Part shown: piece after piece, positions 8,117 through 16,584 of the stretch
Position numbering within the stretch: position 1 is the stretch's first letter
Layout of the letters: every line of letters begins with the position of its first letter
IMG/VR virus record: IMGVR_UViG_2839589109_000007
Location: 3,871-67,870 of that record
Reading direction: 5' to 3' (one strand)
Source of the DNA: a virus
Taxonomy: Duplodnaviria > Caudoviricetes
Length of the DNA stretch: 64,000 nucleotides
Notes under the pieces: generated by a model
What the model was told of the DNA's origin: nothing
What the model saw: the letters and a program-made list of their open reading frames with translations, nothing else
Databases searched by the model: none
Translations under genes and position numbers: made by a program

Positions 8117-9472
8117 ATGAGATACCTGTCGTTATTTTCCGGGATTGAAGCAGCGACGGTCGCCTGGCATCCATTGGGGTGGACGCCGGTGGGTTTTGCC
8201 GAGATCGAATCGTTCCCCTGTGCCGTACTGGAACACCACTACCCCGATATACCCAACCTTGGCAGCGTGACCGAGATCACCGAAGCCATGATCAAGCAAC
8301 TCGGCCCTATTGATCTGGTGGTGTTTGGCAGCCCTTGTCAGGATCTATCGGTGGCTGGCAAACGAAAAGGATTTGATGGTGAACGATCAGGACTCTTCTT
8401 CGCAGCAATACAGATTATTCGGTGGGCCAGAAAACACGGCAACTGCCGCTTCGCCCTGTGGGAAAACGTACCCGGCGCCTTCAGCAGTAACCAGGGCAAG
8501 GACTTTGCTGAAGTACTGCGATTACTTACTGGCACTGACCAGTCATGCCCCGAGCAGCCTGGCCCAAAAAAGTGGCGGTACGCTGGAGTTTCATTCGGTA
8601 AGGAAGGGCTTGTTGAATGGCGGGTGTGTGATGCTCAATTTTATGGAGTACCCCAACGTCGTCGAAGGGTCTTTGCTCTGGCAGATTTTGGAGACTGGAC
8701 CCGTCGGGAACCGGTTCTATTTGAGTCCGAGAGCCTGCTCCGGGATTCTGAACCGGGCACAGAAGCGTGGGAAGAGCCTGCCTCCCCCGCTGGAAAAAGC
8801 ATTAAGGCAAGTGGCCTCACGGGCAGCCTGAGTGCCTACGATATGACCGCCTTTGGTCAGTACGGCCCTGGTAAAACATCCTCGACGTTAAAGCAGAGAG
8901 ATTACAAGGTTGCTACGGATCTGGTGGTGTTTGAGCCCGGTGCCATGTCACGGCTGGGTGGCCACTGGTCATCAGAATTATCACCCTGCCTTCGTGCCCA
9001 TATGGGTGATAACCATCCGACCATCGCCTTCAATCCAAAAGATGATCCGGTTCACTCCAACACTGTCGCAATGACCTTACAGGCTCAGGGTAACGGATTG
9101 AGTGCCGCAGTGGCGATACCGATTCATGATCAGGCCACCCGCCATTCCGGTAAGCGCGGCGAACATCAGGACGGAAAAGGCAATGGTCTGGGTATCGGTC
9201 AGTCTGGCGATCCGATGAACACGCTAACAGCTGGAGATAAACACTCAGTTGCCAGTAGCTCCGGGGGCGAAGCCGAGTTAGCCATACGACGATTAACTCC
9301 GGTGGAGTGTGAACGATTACAGGGTTTTCCTGATGGGTATAGTGCCATCCCGTGGAAAAATAAACCGGCAGAAGAGTGCCCGGATGGCCCAAGGTACAAG
9401 GCTCTGGGTAACTCTATGGCGGTACCGGTTATGCGCTGGATCGGAAATCGTATCCAGACCGCCCTGCGTTAG
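8117..9472 (+). CDS. DNA (cytosine-5)-methyltransferase, orphan
   Basis: LSLFSGIEAA (motif I), GSPCQ (IV), WENVPG (VI), QRRRRVF (VIII), RLTPVECERLQGFPD (IX), YKALGNSMAVPV (X). Confidence 0.95.
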   Translation: MRYLSLFSGIEAATVAWHPLGWTPVGFAEIESFPCAVLEHHYPDIPNLGSVTEITEAMIKQLGPIDLVVFGSPCQDLSVAGKRKGFDGERSGLFFAAIQIIRWARKHGNCRFALWENVPGAFSSNQGKDFAEVLRLLTGTDQSCPEQPGPKKWRYAGVSFGKEGLVEWRVCDAQFYGVPQRRRRVFALADFGDWTRREPVLFESESLLRDSEPGTEAWEEPASPAGKSIKASGLTGSLSAYDMTAFGQYGPGKTSSTLKQRDYKVATDLVVFEPGAMSRLGGHWSSELSPCLRAHMGDNHPTIAFNPKDDPVHSNTVAMTLQAQGNGLSAAVAIPIHDQATRHSGKRGEHQDGKGNGLGIGQSGDPMNTLTAGDKHSVASSSGGEAELAIRRLTPVECERLQGFPDGYSAIPWKNKPAEECPDGPRYKALGNSMAVPVMRWIGNRIQTALR

Positions 9473-9481
9473 GAGACCATC

Positions 9482-10015
9482 ATGTACTTTGCCCTGGAGC
9501 CAGCCCTGATGCGGATCTTCGGAACACCGGAACTGATGATGAAAACCGCGAGCTGGCAGCAGGATATCAACGCCGGTTATCGAAAGACAGCGGTTGCTCC
9601 AAAGCATCGCAGCACCAGAGATGAACGACTGGGTGATGATGGTATCCGAAAGGGAGACCTGCGGGAAAGAATGCAGCCAGAACTCTTTGCCATTCTGACG
9701 ATTCGCTATGACGATAATCAGGCGAACCGTTCCAGTGCATGGCTACGGGTAACTCACCTTTTCAGGAGTGATGAACGGTTACCCAAAGCGATCCGAAAGA
9801 ATCCGGTGATGCTTTCTCTCTATCTGATGTGGCTATTGCAGCACCCTGATATGCAGCAGAAGAAAGGCAAAGTAGAGATTACCGCAAAAAGCCGTAAGAC
9901 ACTTTATCGCTGGCGTATTGCCTGTGAAGCCGTGTGCAACGAATGGATCAGGTTGGCAGAGGATCATGCAGAGGAGTTACTGGAAGAAGCAGGTGCTATC
10001 AAATATGAAAACTGA
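9482..10015 (+). CDS. Putative late-gene regulator (Q-antiterminator position)
   Basis: Last early gene before a terminator and the lysis cassette; C-terminal SRKTLYRWR HTH-like segment; no direct family motif. Confidence 0.45.
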   Translation: MYFALEPALMRIFGTPELMMKTASWQQDINAGYRKTAVAPKHRSTRDERLGDDGIRKGDLRERMQPELFAILTIRYDDNQANRSSAWLRVTHLFRSDERLPKAIRKNPVMLSLYLMWLLQHPDMQQKKGKVEITAKSRKTLYRWRIACEAVCNEWIRLAEDHAEELLEEAGAIKYEN

Positions 10016-10108
10016 GGCCTTGACTAAAAATGACCCACAAAGTACGGTAAAAGCTCAGGCTGGGAAAGTTCCCGATCATTCACTTCCCCGTCGCTTGAAT
10101 CCTTCAAA

Positions 10109-10144
10109 GAAACCCGGCCCTCATTGCCGGGTTTTCTTTTTTTT
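10109..10144 (+). terminator. Intrinsic terminator before lysis cassette (tR'-like)
   Basis: AAACCCGGC-CCTCATT-GCCGGGTTT followed by a T-rich tract. Confidence 0.8.
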
Positions 10145-10181
10145 ATCCCTCCAAACTGAACCACTATAAAAAAGGGGCTTC

Positions 10182-10580
10182 ATGTTTCACTTTTCCGCTT
10201 CGTCCAGGCGACATTTGTCGACTTGTGATGAGCGGCTTCAGCGTGTCTTCAGGAAAGTAATTGAGCATTACGATTGCACGATTATTTGTGGTCACCGGGG
10301 CAAAGCTGCCCAGATGCTGGCGTTTGAAAATGGTCAGTCGCAGTTGCAATGGCCAGACAGTAACCACAATCAGCTGCCCAGCAAGGCGGTGGATGTAATG
10401 GCTTATCCCTTGGACTGGTTTGATTATCAGCGATCCGCGCACTTTGCCGGGTATGTGTTGGGGGTTGCTGAGGGTATGGGCATCAAGCTGCGCTGGGGTG
10501 GTGACTGGGATCGGGATGGTCAGTTAAAGGATCATCGGTTTAGGGATTACCCACACTTTGAGCTGGTGGACGATGATTAA
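10182..10580 (+). CDS. Endolysin, M15 family (L-Ala-D-Glu peptidase-like)
   Basis: CGHRG, SNHNQLPSKAVD, RWGGDW, DYPHFEL zinc-peptidase motifs. Confidence 0.92.
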   Translation: MFHFSASSRRHLSTCDERLQRVFRKVIEHYDCTIICGHRGKAAQMLAFENGQSQLQWPDSNHNQLPSKAVDVMAYPLDWFDYQRSAHFAGYVLGVAEGMGIKLRWGGDWDRDGQLKDHRFRDYPHFELVDDD

Positions 10581-10980
10581 CCTGAATCCAATGGCAGGAA
10601 TAGCCAAAGAGCTGATGGGTGGTCTGGATGGTTTGTTTACATCTGATGAAGAGCGAGCCAAAGCTGAACTGTCTTTGAATCGCCAGCTGCAACAGCCTCA
10701 TATTCTCCAGGCATTGGCCAATATCGAAGAAGCCAAACATCCCTCCGTCTTTGTCTCCGGTTGGCGACCCGCTCTTGGTTGGCTCTGTGTGTTTATTCTT
10801 GCCTGGACCTGGATTGTTCGTGATGTGGTGATCATCGGACTGATGCTTGTTGATAAGTCTGAAGTGGTCCAACAGTTACCCATAGCAGACACCAGTACGG
10901 TGATTACTCTGTTGCTCTGTCTACTCGGATTGGGTGGTGCCCGAACCATTGAGAAACTCAAGGGTGTTGCAAGGAGATAG
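10573..10980 (+). CDS. 3TM holin family protein
   Basis: LFTSDEERAKAE...EEAKHPSVFVSGWRPALGW...LLGLGGARTIEKLKG. Confidence 0.85.
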   Translation: MINLNPMAGIAKELMGGLDGLFTSDEERAKAELSLNRQLQQPHILQALANIEEAKHPSVFVSGWRPALGWLCVFILAWTWIVRDVVIIGLMLVDKSEVVQQLPIADTSTVITLLLCLLGLGGARTIEKLKGVARR

Positions 10981-10982
10981 TC

Positions 10983-11231
10983 ATGGGTGATGAAGACCGC
11001 TTCAATCGCATTGAGCAAAAGCTGGACGGCATCACCCAGATCCTGCAGACCCTGGCCAAACACGATGAGCGGATGGTCAACCTGGCGCTGCGGGAAAAGC
11101 GCAGTGAGGAACGGCTGGACACCATTGAGAAAGCCGTACTCAAAAACTCGACCATCAGCAGTGTGATTCAATGGATCGCTGCCACCACTACCGCAGGCAT
11201 CATAGCCTTTGCTATCAAACAGTTATTCTAA
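10983..11231 (+). CDS. Small coiled-coil protein with C-terminal TM helix (XhlA-like, lysis-associated)
   Basis: RFNRIEQKLD coiled coil; hydrophobic VIQWIAATTTAGIIAFAI tail. Confidence 0.6.
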   Translation: MGDEDRFNRIEQKLDGITQILQTLAKHDERMVNLALREKRSEERLDTIEKAVLKNSTISSVIQWIAATTTAGIIAFAIKQLF

Positions 11232-11233
11232 CC

Positions 11234-11593
11234 ATGGCCAACCACAGCAAATACAAACCGGAAATGTGTGATCAGGTGAAGGAGCTGATGAGCACCGGTT
11301 TAAGTCGCAAGGCTACCGCTACGGAAATGGGGATCAGCTATAACACGTTTCTGTCATACATGGACAAGTATGAGGAATTTGCTGAGGCCGTGGCTCAGGC
11401 AGATGTTTTGGCAGAGGTATTCTGGGAAGAGAAATACATGCAGGGAGCATTGGGGCTTAACAAGGATGTTTCGCCAGCCATGTTGATTATGTATATGAAA
11501 AACCGTTACCACTGGCGGGATCGCCATGAGCAGACAGTGGTAGCGGAAAAGATACCGACGCTGGACGAATGGCTGGAAGAAAAGGACGGGTAA
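11234..11593 (+). CDS. Terminase small subunit
   Basis: SKYKPEMCDQV...GLSRKATATEMGISYNTF HTH; directly upstream of terL. Confidence 0.8.
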   Translation: MANHSKYKPEMCDQVKELMSTGLSRKATATEMGISYNTFLSYMDKYEEFAEAVAQADVLAEVFWEEKYMQGALGLNKDVSPAMLIMYMKNRYHWRDRHEQTVVAEKIPTLDEWLEEKDG

Positions 11594-13176
11594 AGCCAGC
11601 CCGGGAGAGGCTGCTCACCGAGTTTACGTTCTATGCAAGCAAGTGCCTGAAGATTCGCACCAAGAATGCCAAGGTAATTCCCTTTCGGCTAAACAAGGCT
11701 CAGCTCTACCTGGACAGTCGGATTGAGGATCAGAGACAGCGTACCGGTAAGGTAAGAATCGTGGTACTCAAAGGCAGACAACAGGGCTGCTCTACCTATA
11801 CTGAAGGCCGGTTTTACTGGCTGGTGAGCAATCGCAAGGGATTACGGGCTTATATCCTGACCCATGAAGCGGATGCCACCGCCAACCTGTTTGATATGGT
11901 GCAGCGGTATCACGAAAATCAGCCACCGTTTACCCAGAGGGAACTGAAAAACAAAAGCTCCAAGTTACTGGAATTTTTCCATGACTCCGGGTATCGGGTT
12001 GGTACCGCTGGCAATAAGGGAGCTGGACGTTCATCCACAGCACAACTGTTCCACGGATCAGAAGTCGCCTTCTGGCCCAATGCGGATGAACATCTGGCCG
12101 GTGTATTACAGGCAGTACCCAATGAACACAATACCGAAGTTATTCTGGAGAGCACTGCTAACGGCGTCGGTGGTGTGTTTTATGATTATGTTATGGACGC
12201 TGATGCTGGTCGCGGTGATTTTGAACTGGTGTTTATCCCCTGGTTCTGGCAGGACGAATACCGTGCCCAAGTCCCCGCCGAGTTCACGACAGATGCCGAC
12301 GAACGATACCTGAAACAGACTTATGATCTGGATGATGGGCAGCTGCAGTGGCGTCGCCAGAAAATCTATGAGCTGAAGTCGGAAGACAAGTTCAAACAGG
12401 AATACCCCTGCAATATTCAGGAAGCTTTTCTGTTCTCTGGTCGGCCTGTCTTTGATCCCAAGCATACCGAAGCGGCTAAACAGGAATGCTATTCGCCCAA
12501 ATGGCAGTGTGAACTGACACCTAATGGTTTAAACCGGAAGAAACCGGGATTACTGAACATCTGGTACCCAGTGGAGGGGAGTCAGCAGTATGTCATCGGT
12601 TGCGATGTTGCTGAAGGATTAGCTCCCATCAATGACAAACACAAGCACGGTGATTATTCATCCATCGACGTATTGGATCGTTCTGGCTATCAGGTGGCAC
12701 ACTGGTCTGGCCATGTGGCACCGGATGATCTGGGCAAGATGCTTAATCATTTGGGGCGTTATTACAACAATGCCTTGATCGGTGTGGAAAGAAATAACCA
12801 CGGTCTGACTACGATCACCAAGCTGAAAGATCTGAAGTATCCCAACCTCTATATGGAAACCACCGTGGATCAGCGTACCCAGAAACGCACCAAGCGGATC
12901 GGCTGGCTGACCACGACCAAATCAAAACCGTTAATGATTGATCACCTGGCGGCATTGCTCAGGGATGGTGATGCGGGGATCTGCAGTGTAGATACGGTAA
13001 AGGAGTGCCAGACCTACGTCATTGAAGATAACGGTGCTACCAACGCCCAGGAAGGTTGTTTTGATGATCGGGTGGTCAGCTATGCCATCGCTCAACAAAT
13101 GGTGCTGAAGTTGCCCCGCAGGAAAATCAATATCAATGAGCTGAAATATCGCTCTCCAGGGAAATCGGCTTACTGA
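11569..13176 (+). CDS. Terminase large subunit
   Basis: VLKGRQQGCST Walker A, LFHGSEVAFW Walker B, ILESTANG, YVIGCDVAEG nuclease, FDDRVVSYA. Confidence 0.95.
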   Translation: MAGRKGRVKPARERLLTEFTFYASKCLKIRTKNAKVIPFRLNKAQLYLDSRIEDQRQRTGKVRIVVLKGRQQGCSTYTEGRFYWLVSNRKGLRAYILTHEADATANLFDMVQRYHENQPPFTQRELKNKSSKLLEFFHDSGYRVGTAGNKGAGRSSTAQLFHGSEVAFWPNADEHLAGVLQAVPNEHNTEVILESTANGVGGVFYDYVMDADAGRGDFELVFIPWFWQDEYRAQVPAEFTTDADERYLKQTYDLDDGQLQWRRQKIYELKSEDKFKQEYPCNIQEAFLFSGRPVFDPKHTEAAKQECYSPKWQCELTPNGLNRKKPGLLNIWYPVEGSQQYVIGCDVAEGLAPINDKHKHGDYSSIDVLDRSGYQVAHWSGHVAPDDLGKMLNHLGRYYNNALIGVERNNHGLTTITKLKDLKYPNLYMETTVDQRTQKRTKRIGWLTTTKSKPLMIDHLAALLRDGDAGICSVDTVKECQTYVIEDNGATNAQEGCFDDRVVSYAIAQQMVLKLPRRKININELKYRSPGKSAY

Positions 13177-13286
13177 TGGAACGGACAATCATTCTTTTTA
13201 CTCAGCAGGTGGTGGGTAGCTGGCCAGCCATTATGGCCGGTCATCGTTTTGAGTGGCAGCGACGCAGAGGCAAGAAGGTCAGGTAA
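13176..13286 (+). CDS. Small 36-aa ORF bridging terL and portal
   Basis: MERTIILFTQQVVGSWPAIMAGHRFEWQRRRGKKVR; TGATG overlap with terL stop and TAATG overlap with portal start. Confidence 0.5.
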   Translation: MERTIILFTQQVVGSWPAIMAGHRFEWQRRRGKKVR

Positions 13287-15322
13287 TGGAACACGGACTG
13301 GTGATGGTCGCTACCCCGGATGAGGTGACTCAGACGGAGCTGGACAACGAGCGTCGTGAACTAGCGGTTCGTGATGCTTTTGCATCGGATCTCTACAGTC
13401 GTTGGCAAGGCTATCGGGAAGCAAGGCGGGAAGTGGAAGATGAGTGGCTGGATGCGCTGCGGGCAGTAAAGGGTGAATACGGTCCCGAGCAAGAAAAGGT
13501 GATGGAACAGCAGCAGGCCTTGAGCCGGGTGTTTATCAAGATCACTGCTACCAAAGTCAATGCTGCCTACTCCCGACTTATTGATCTGCTGTTTCAGAAT
13601 GTGGATTCCTTTTGGGATATTGTTCCCAGTCCACTGTCTGATATTCCTGCCTCCATTAAGCAGCAGATTCGGATGATGGCTATTCAGGAACTATTGCCAT
13701 ATCGACTTGATCCCCGAACCCGAAACCAACTTATCCAGGAACGTAACGATGAGATGGAACGGGAGCTGCTGGCAGAAGCATTGGAGAAGGCCAATACCGC
13801 AGCCATGAAAATGAAGCGGTTGATCAAGGATTATCTGATCAATGCCAATGCACTCACCGAAATCAAAAAGATGGTTCGTGAACAGGTGACCCTTGGAACT
13901 GGCTGTATCAAGGTAGCAACCCTGAATATCCGGAACCATGAGAAGTGGGAAAGTGAAGGTGATGAATGGAAACTCAATGAGCATCAGAGCATTGAGCCGG
14001 ATATTGAATGGGCCAGTGTCTTTGATTTGTTCCCCGACCCCTACTCCCATGATCCCGGCAAGCCGAACGATCTGTTTCGCCGTCATGTGCTGACCAAACA
14101 TGAGTTTCGGGAGTTGGCAGGTAGTCCCGGTTTTGAGACTGATACCATTCACGCCATTCTGATGGAGTCTCCCCAGGGTAATCATGTTCCTGAAGATTAC
14201 GAACGGGAACTGCGTAATATCAACAATAACGATGAGCAATATGTTACGCCTCAGCGCTTTGATGTGCTGGAGTACTGGGGGCCGGTGGATGGCCATCAGC
14301 TGATGGAGTATGGCGTTACCGATATTGATGAACAGGCAGAGTACCAGGCCAATATCTGGATCTGCGATGGCCGGATGATTATGGCCAGACTGAACCCGCT
14401 GAAGCCGGAAGCGATCCCCTACAAGTTTGTTCCTTATGAAAGTGTGCTGCACCGATTCTGGGGCATCGGTATCCCCTACATGATGAACGACAGTCAGGAT
14501 GTGATGAACTCCACCGGCAGAGCCCTGTTGGATAATGCAGCCCTGACCGCTGGCCCCATGTTCCAGATGGATGTAAGCAAATTTCCGGAAGGCATGAGCC
14601 TGGAGGATGCCAAGAAAATCTACCCCTACCGACTCTGGTTCTATGACGGTGAAGCCGGTGAAGGACCAATGATTCAGGCAATCAATATTCAAAGTAACCA
14701 GAAGGATCTGTCCGGCATCTTTGAAATGTTTCGAAGATTTGCGGATGAAGAAACATCGCTCCCCAGTTATACCCATGGTGAACAGACTCAGAGCCTGAAC
14801 AAAACCGCCAGCGGTATGAGCATGCTGATGACTGCTGCCAATGTGGCCCTGAAAAGCGTGGTAAAAAATATAGACGACTACGCAACTGTTCCGCTGATTG
14901 ACAGCTTGTTTAATTTCGCCATGCGCTGGAGTGACAGCGAAGATGCCAAGCGGGGCGATTTGGATGTGGTGGCCATGGGCAGTGCCGCGTTAGTGGCCAA
15001 AGAGCTGCAGTCAGAGCGGATGATGAGTGCCCTGAACGTCAGCATGAATCCGGTGCTGGGTCCCATGACCGATCACCGCTATCTGTATAACGAATACCTG
15101 AAATCTCTGGATATTGATCCGGACAAAGCCCTGAGACCCGAGGAAGAACTCTATGCCCAATCCCATGCACCTGAAGCCGCAGGAGGCGGAAGCCGTTCTG
15201 ACGGTGAGCAATCGTCCGGAGTACGAAGTGGTGGAGGAGTATCTTCTGCGCCGACGCAAGTTGCTGCTGGAGAAACTGGCAACGTGCCAGGATTCAACCA
15301 ACTTGCGCGTCCTGCAGGGTAG
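13286..15322 (+). CDS. Portal protein (podovirus type)
   Basis: Position after terL; FIKITATKVNAAYSRL, FWGIGIP, ALLDNAALTAGP, TASGMSMLM motifs. Confidence 0.9.
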   Translation: MEHGLVMVATPDEVTQTELDNERRELAVRDAFASDLYSRWQGYREARREVEDEWLDALRAVKGEYGPEQEKVMEQQQALSRVFIKITATKVNAAYSRLIDLLFQNVDSFWDIVPSPLSDIPASIKQQIRMMAIQELLPYRLDPRTRNQLIQERNDEMERELLAEALEKANTAAMKMKRLIKDYLINANALTEIKKMVREQVTLGTGCIKVATLNIRNHEKWESEGDEWKLNEHQSIEPDIEWASVFDLFPDPYSHDPGKPNDLFRRHVLTKHEFRELAGSPGFETDTIHAILMESPQGNHVPEDYERELRNINNNDEQYVTPQRFDVLEYWGPVDGHQLMEYGVTDIDEQAEYQANIWICDGRMIMARLNPLKPEAIPYKFVPYESVLHRFWGIGIPYMMNDSQDVMNSTGRALLDNAALTAGPMFQMDVSKFPEGMSLEDAKKIYPYRLWFYDGEAGEGPMIQAINIQSNQKDLSGIFEMFRRFADEETSLPSYTHGEQTQSLNKTASGMSMLMTAANVALKSVVKNIDDYATVPLIDSLFNFAMRWSDSEDAKRGDLDVVAMGSAALVAKELQSERMMSALNVSMNPVLGPMTDHRYLYNEYLKSLDIDPDKALRPEEELYAQSHAPEAAGGGSRSDGEQSSGVRSGGGVSSAPTQVAAGETGNVPGFNQLARPAG

Positions 15323-15389
15323 AGTGCAGGAGTTGGATGACATTATCGCCTTGCAGCTCAGGGCAGCGACGTATTTGAAACAGCAGTAA
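15153..15389 (+). CDS. Small post-portal protein
   Basis: GAGGAAG SD; LRVLQGRVQELDDII motif typical of the small gene after podoviral portals; overlaps portal 3' end in another frame. Confidence 0.65.
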   Translation: MPNPMHLKPQEAEAVLTVSNRPEYEVVEEYLLRRRKLLLEKLATCQDSTNLRVLQGRVQELDDIIALQLRAATYLKQQ

Positions 15390-15394
15390 AAACT

Positions 15395-15416
15395 AATCCG
15401 CTTCGGCGGTTTTTTT
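15395..15416 (+). terminator. Intrinsic terminator with cUUCGg tetraloop
   Basis: CCGC-TTCG-GCGG followed by T7. Confidence 0.8.
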
Positions 15417-15557
15417 ATGCCCAGGGATGGGCGGTATGCTGGTAACGCATGGAGCGGTTACCGGTGAATGCCTGAAATATGTGGATAAGCCCAGGCCCCA
15501 CAAGATCAGGTTAAACCAAATGTGGACAAGCCTCAGCGCCCCACAGGGAGAGTGAAG

Positions 15558-16550
15558 ATGGCAATCGATGCCGAACAGTTGGATCAGGAAACTGACGCCG
15601 AACTTGCAGCCCTTATGGGTCTAAATACGGAAGCCCCTGCCGCTTTTGCACAACAAGAGAACGAGCAGGACAAGCAGACCGACCAGAACCCGCCCGCTGA
15701 TAAGTTACCCCCGCCACCTGCACCGGAGCCGGAAGCGACTGACGAAGAGTCAGAGCCACCTGCCCCCACATCTCGTGAAGAGAGCGGTGAAGACTGGCAG
15801 GACAAGTACACCAAAGCGGAAGAGTCCCGCAAGAATGCCCATGCCCTGATGACCCGGGCGACGCAAAAAGCCGCTGATCTGGAGCGCAGCAATACGGAGC
15901 TTCAGCAACAGATGGCTTTGCTGCAAGCCAAAGTGGATCTGCTCAGTCAGCAGAGTCTGAGTCAGCCGAACCAACCCAATAGCGAACCAGAGTCGTCTGA
16001 TCAGTTTCAGGAACTCCGTAAGGACTACCAGGAACTGGATCCGGTGTTTAACAAGCTGGATGAGTCGGAACAGCTCAACCGGAAACTGGAGCAGCGGCTG
16101 GCGGTTATTGAGAAGGCACGGCAGGAGCAGGAGGCCGATCAGGCTCGACAGGCATTCTGGAGCAAGTTGCGCAGTCTTCATCCCGATGTGGAACAAATCT
16201 CTGCCAGTGAGGACTTTAAAGGCTGGTTTGCACGACAAACGGCTGATGTACAGGAACTGAGTCGTGTCAGCCCATTGGGAGCGGCGCAGGTAATGAGTCT
16301 CTATAAAGAGGCTGCCGGTCTGAATAAGCCAGCGCCAAAACCAGCACCCGATCCAGCGCAAAAAATACAGCAGGCAAAACAGATGAGCGAGCCGCCAGTG
16401 CGGTCCCGTTCGAAACCGACCACTCAGGGTCGCCAACCCGCTATGACACTGGAACAGATAGCGGCTATGCCGCAGAAAGAGTTTGATGCCAACGAGGAAA
16501 AACTCGATGAGGTTCTGGCCCAGTGGATTAAGCAGGGAGGTCGGCTCTAA
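15558..16550 (+). CDS. Capsid scaffolding protein
   Basis: Acidic, Pro/Gln-rich coiled-coil protein immediately before the capsid gene; GGGAG SD. Confidence 0.75.
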   Translation: MAIDAEQLDQETDAELAALMGLNTEAPAAFAQQENEQDKQTDQNPPADKLPPPPAPEPEATDEESEPPAPTSREESGEDWQDKYTKAEESRKNAHALMTRATQKAADLERSNTELQQQMALLQAKVDLLSQQSLSQPNQPNSEPESSDQFQELRKDYQELDPVFNKLDESEQLNRKLEQRLAVIEKARQEQEADQARQAFWSKLRSLHPDVEQISASEDFKGWFARQTADVQELSRVSPLGAAQVMSLYKEAAGLNKPAPKPAPDPAQKIQQAKQMSEPPVRSRSKPTTQGRQPAMTLEQIAAMPQKEFDANEEKLDEVLAQWIKQGGRL

Positions 16551-16584
16551 CCGTTTCTCGAAAGAGATTCAAAGGATCTGAATC

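Noticed and set aside
10016-10181. tRNA or other RNA gene after the Q-position gene
   Set aside because: No cloverleaf or T-loop GTTCRA motif; only a terminator hairpin is evident.
13691-14776. Long antisense ORFs (also 1183-1938, 24868-25590, 44372-45070, 49656-50390 and similar)
   Set aside because: They lie opposite well-supported genes, have no recognisable motifs and look like codon-bias shadows.
15480-15529. DnaA boxes (TGTGGATAA, TGTGGACAA) as an origin
   Set aside because: Only one perfect 9-mer with no AT-rich unwinding element; both are better explained as 5' arms of CCACA-closed hairpins. Another TTATCCACA at 3251 lies in coding DNA.
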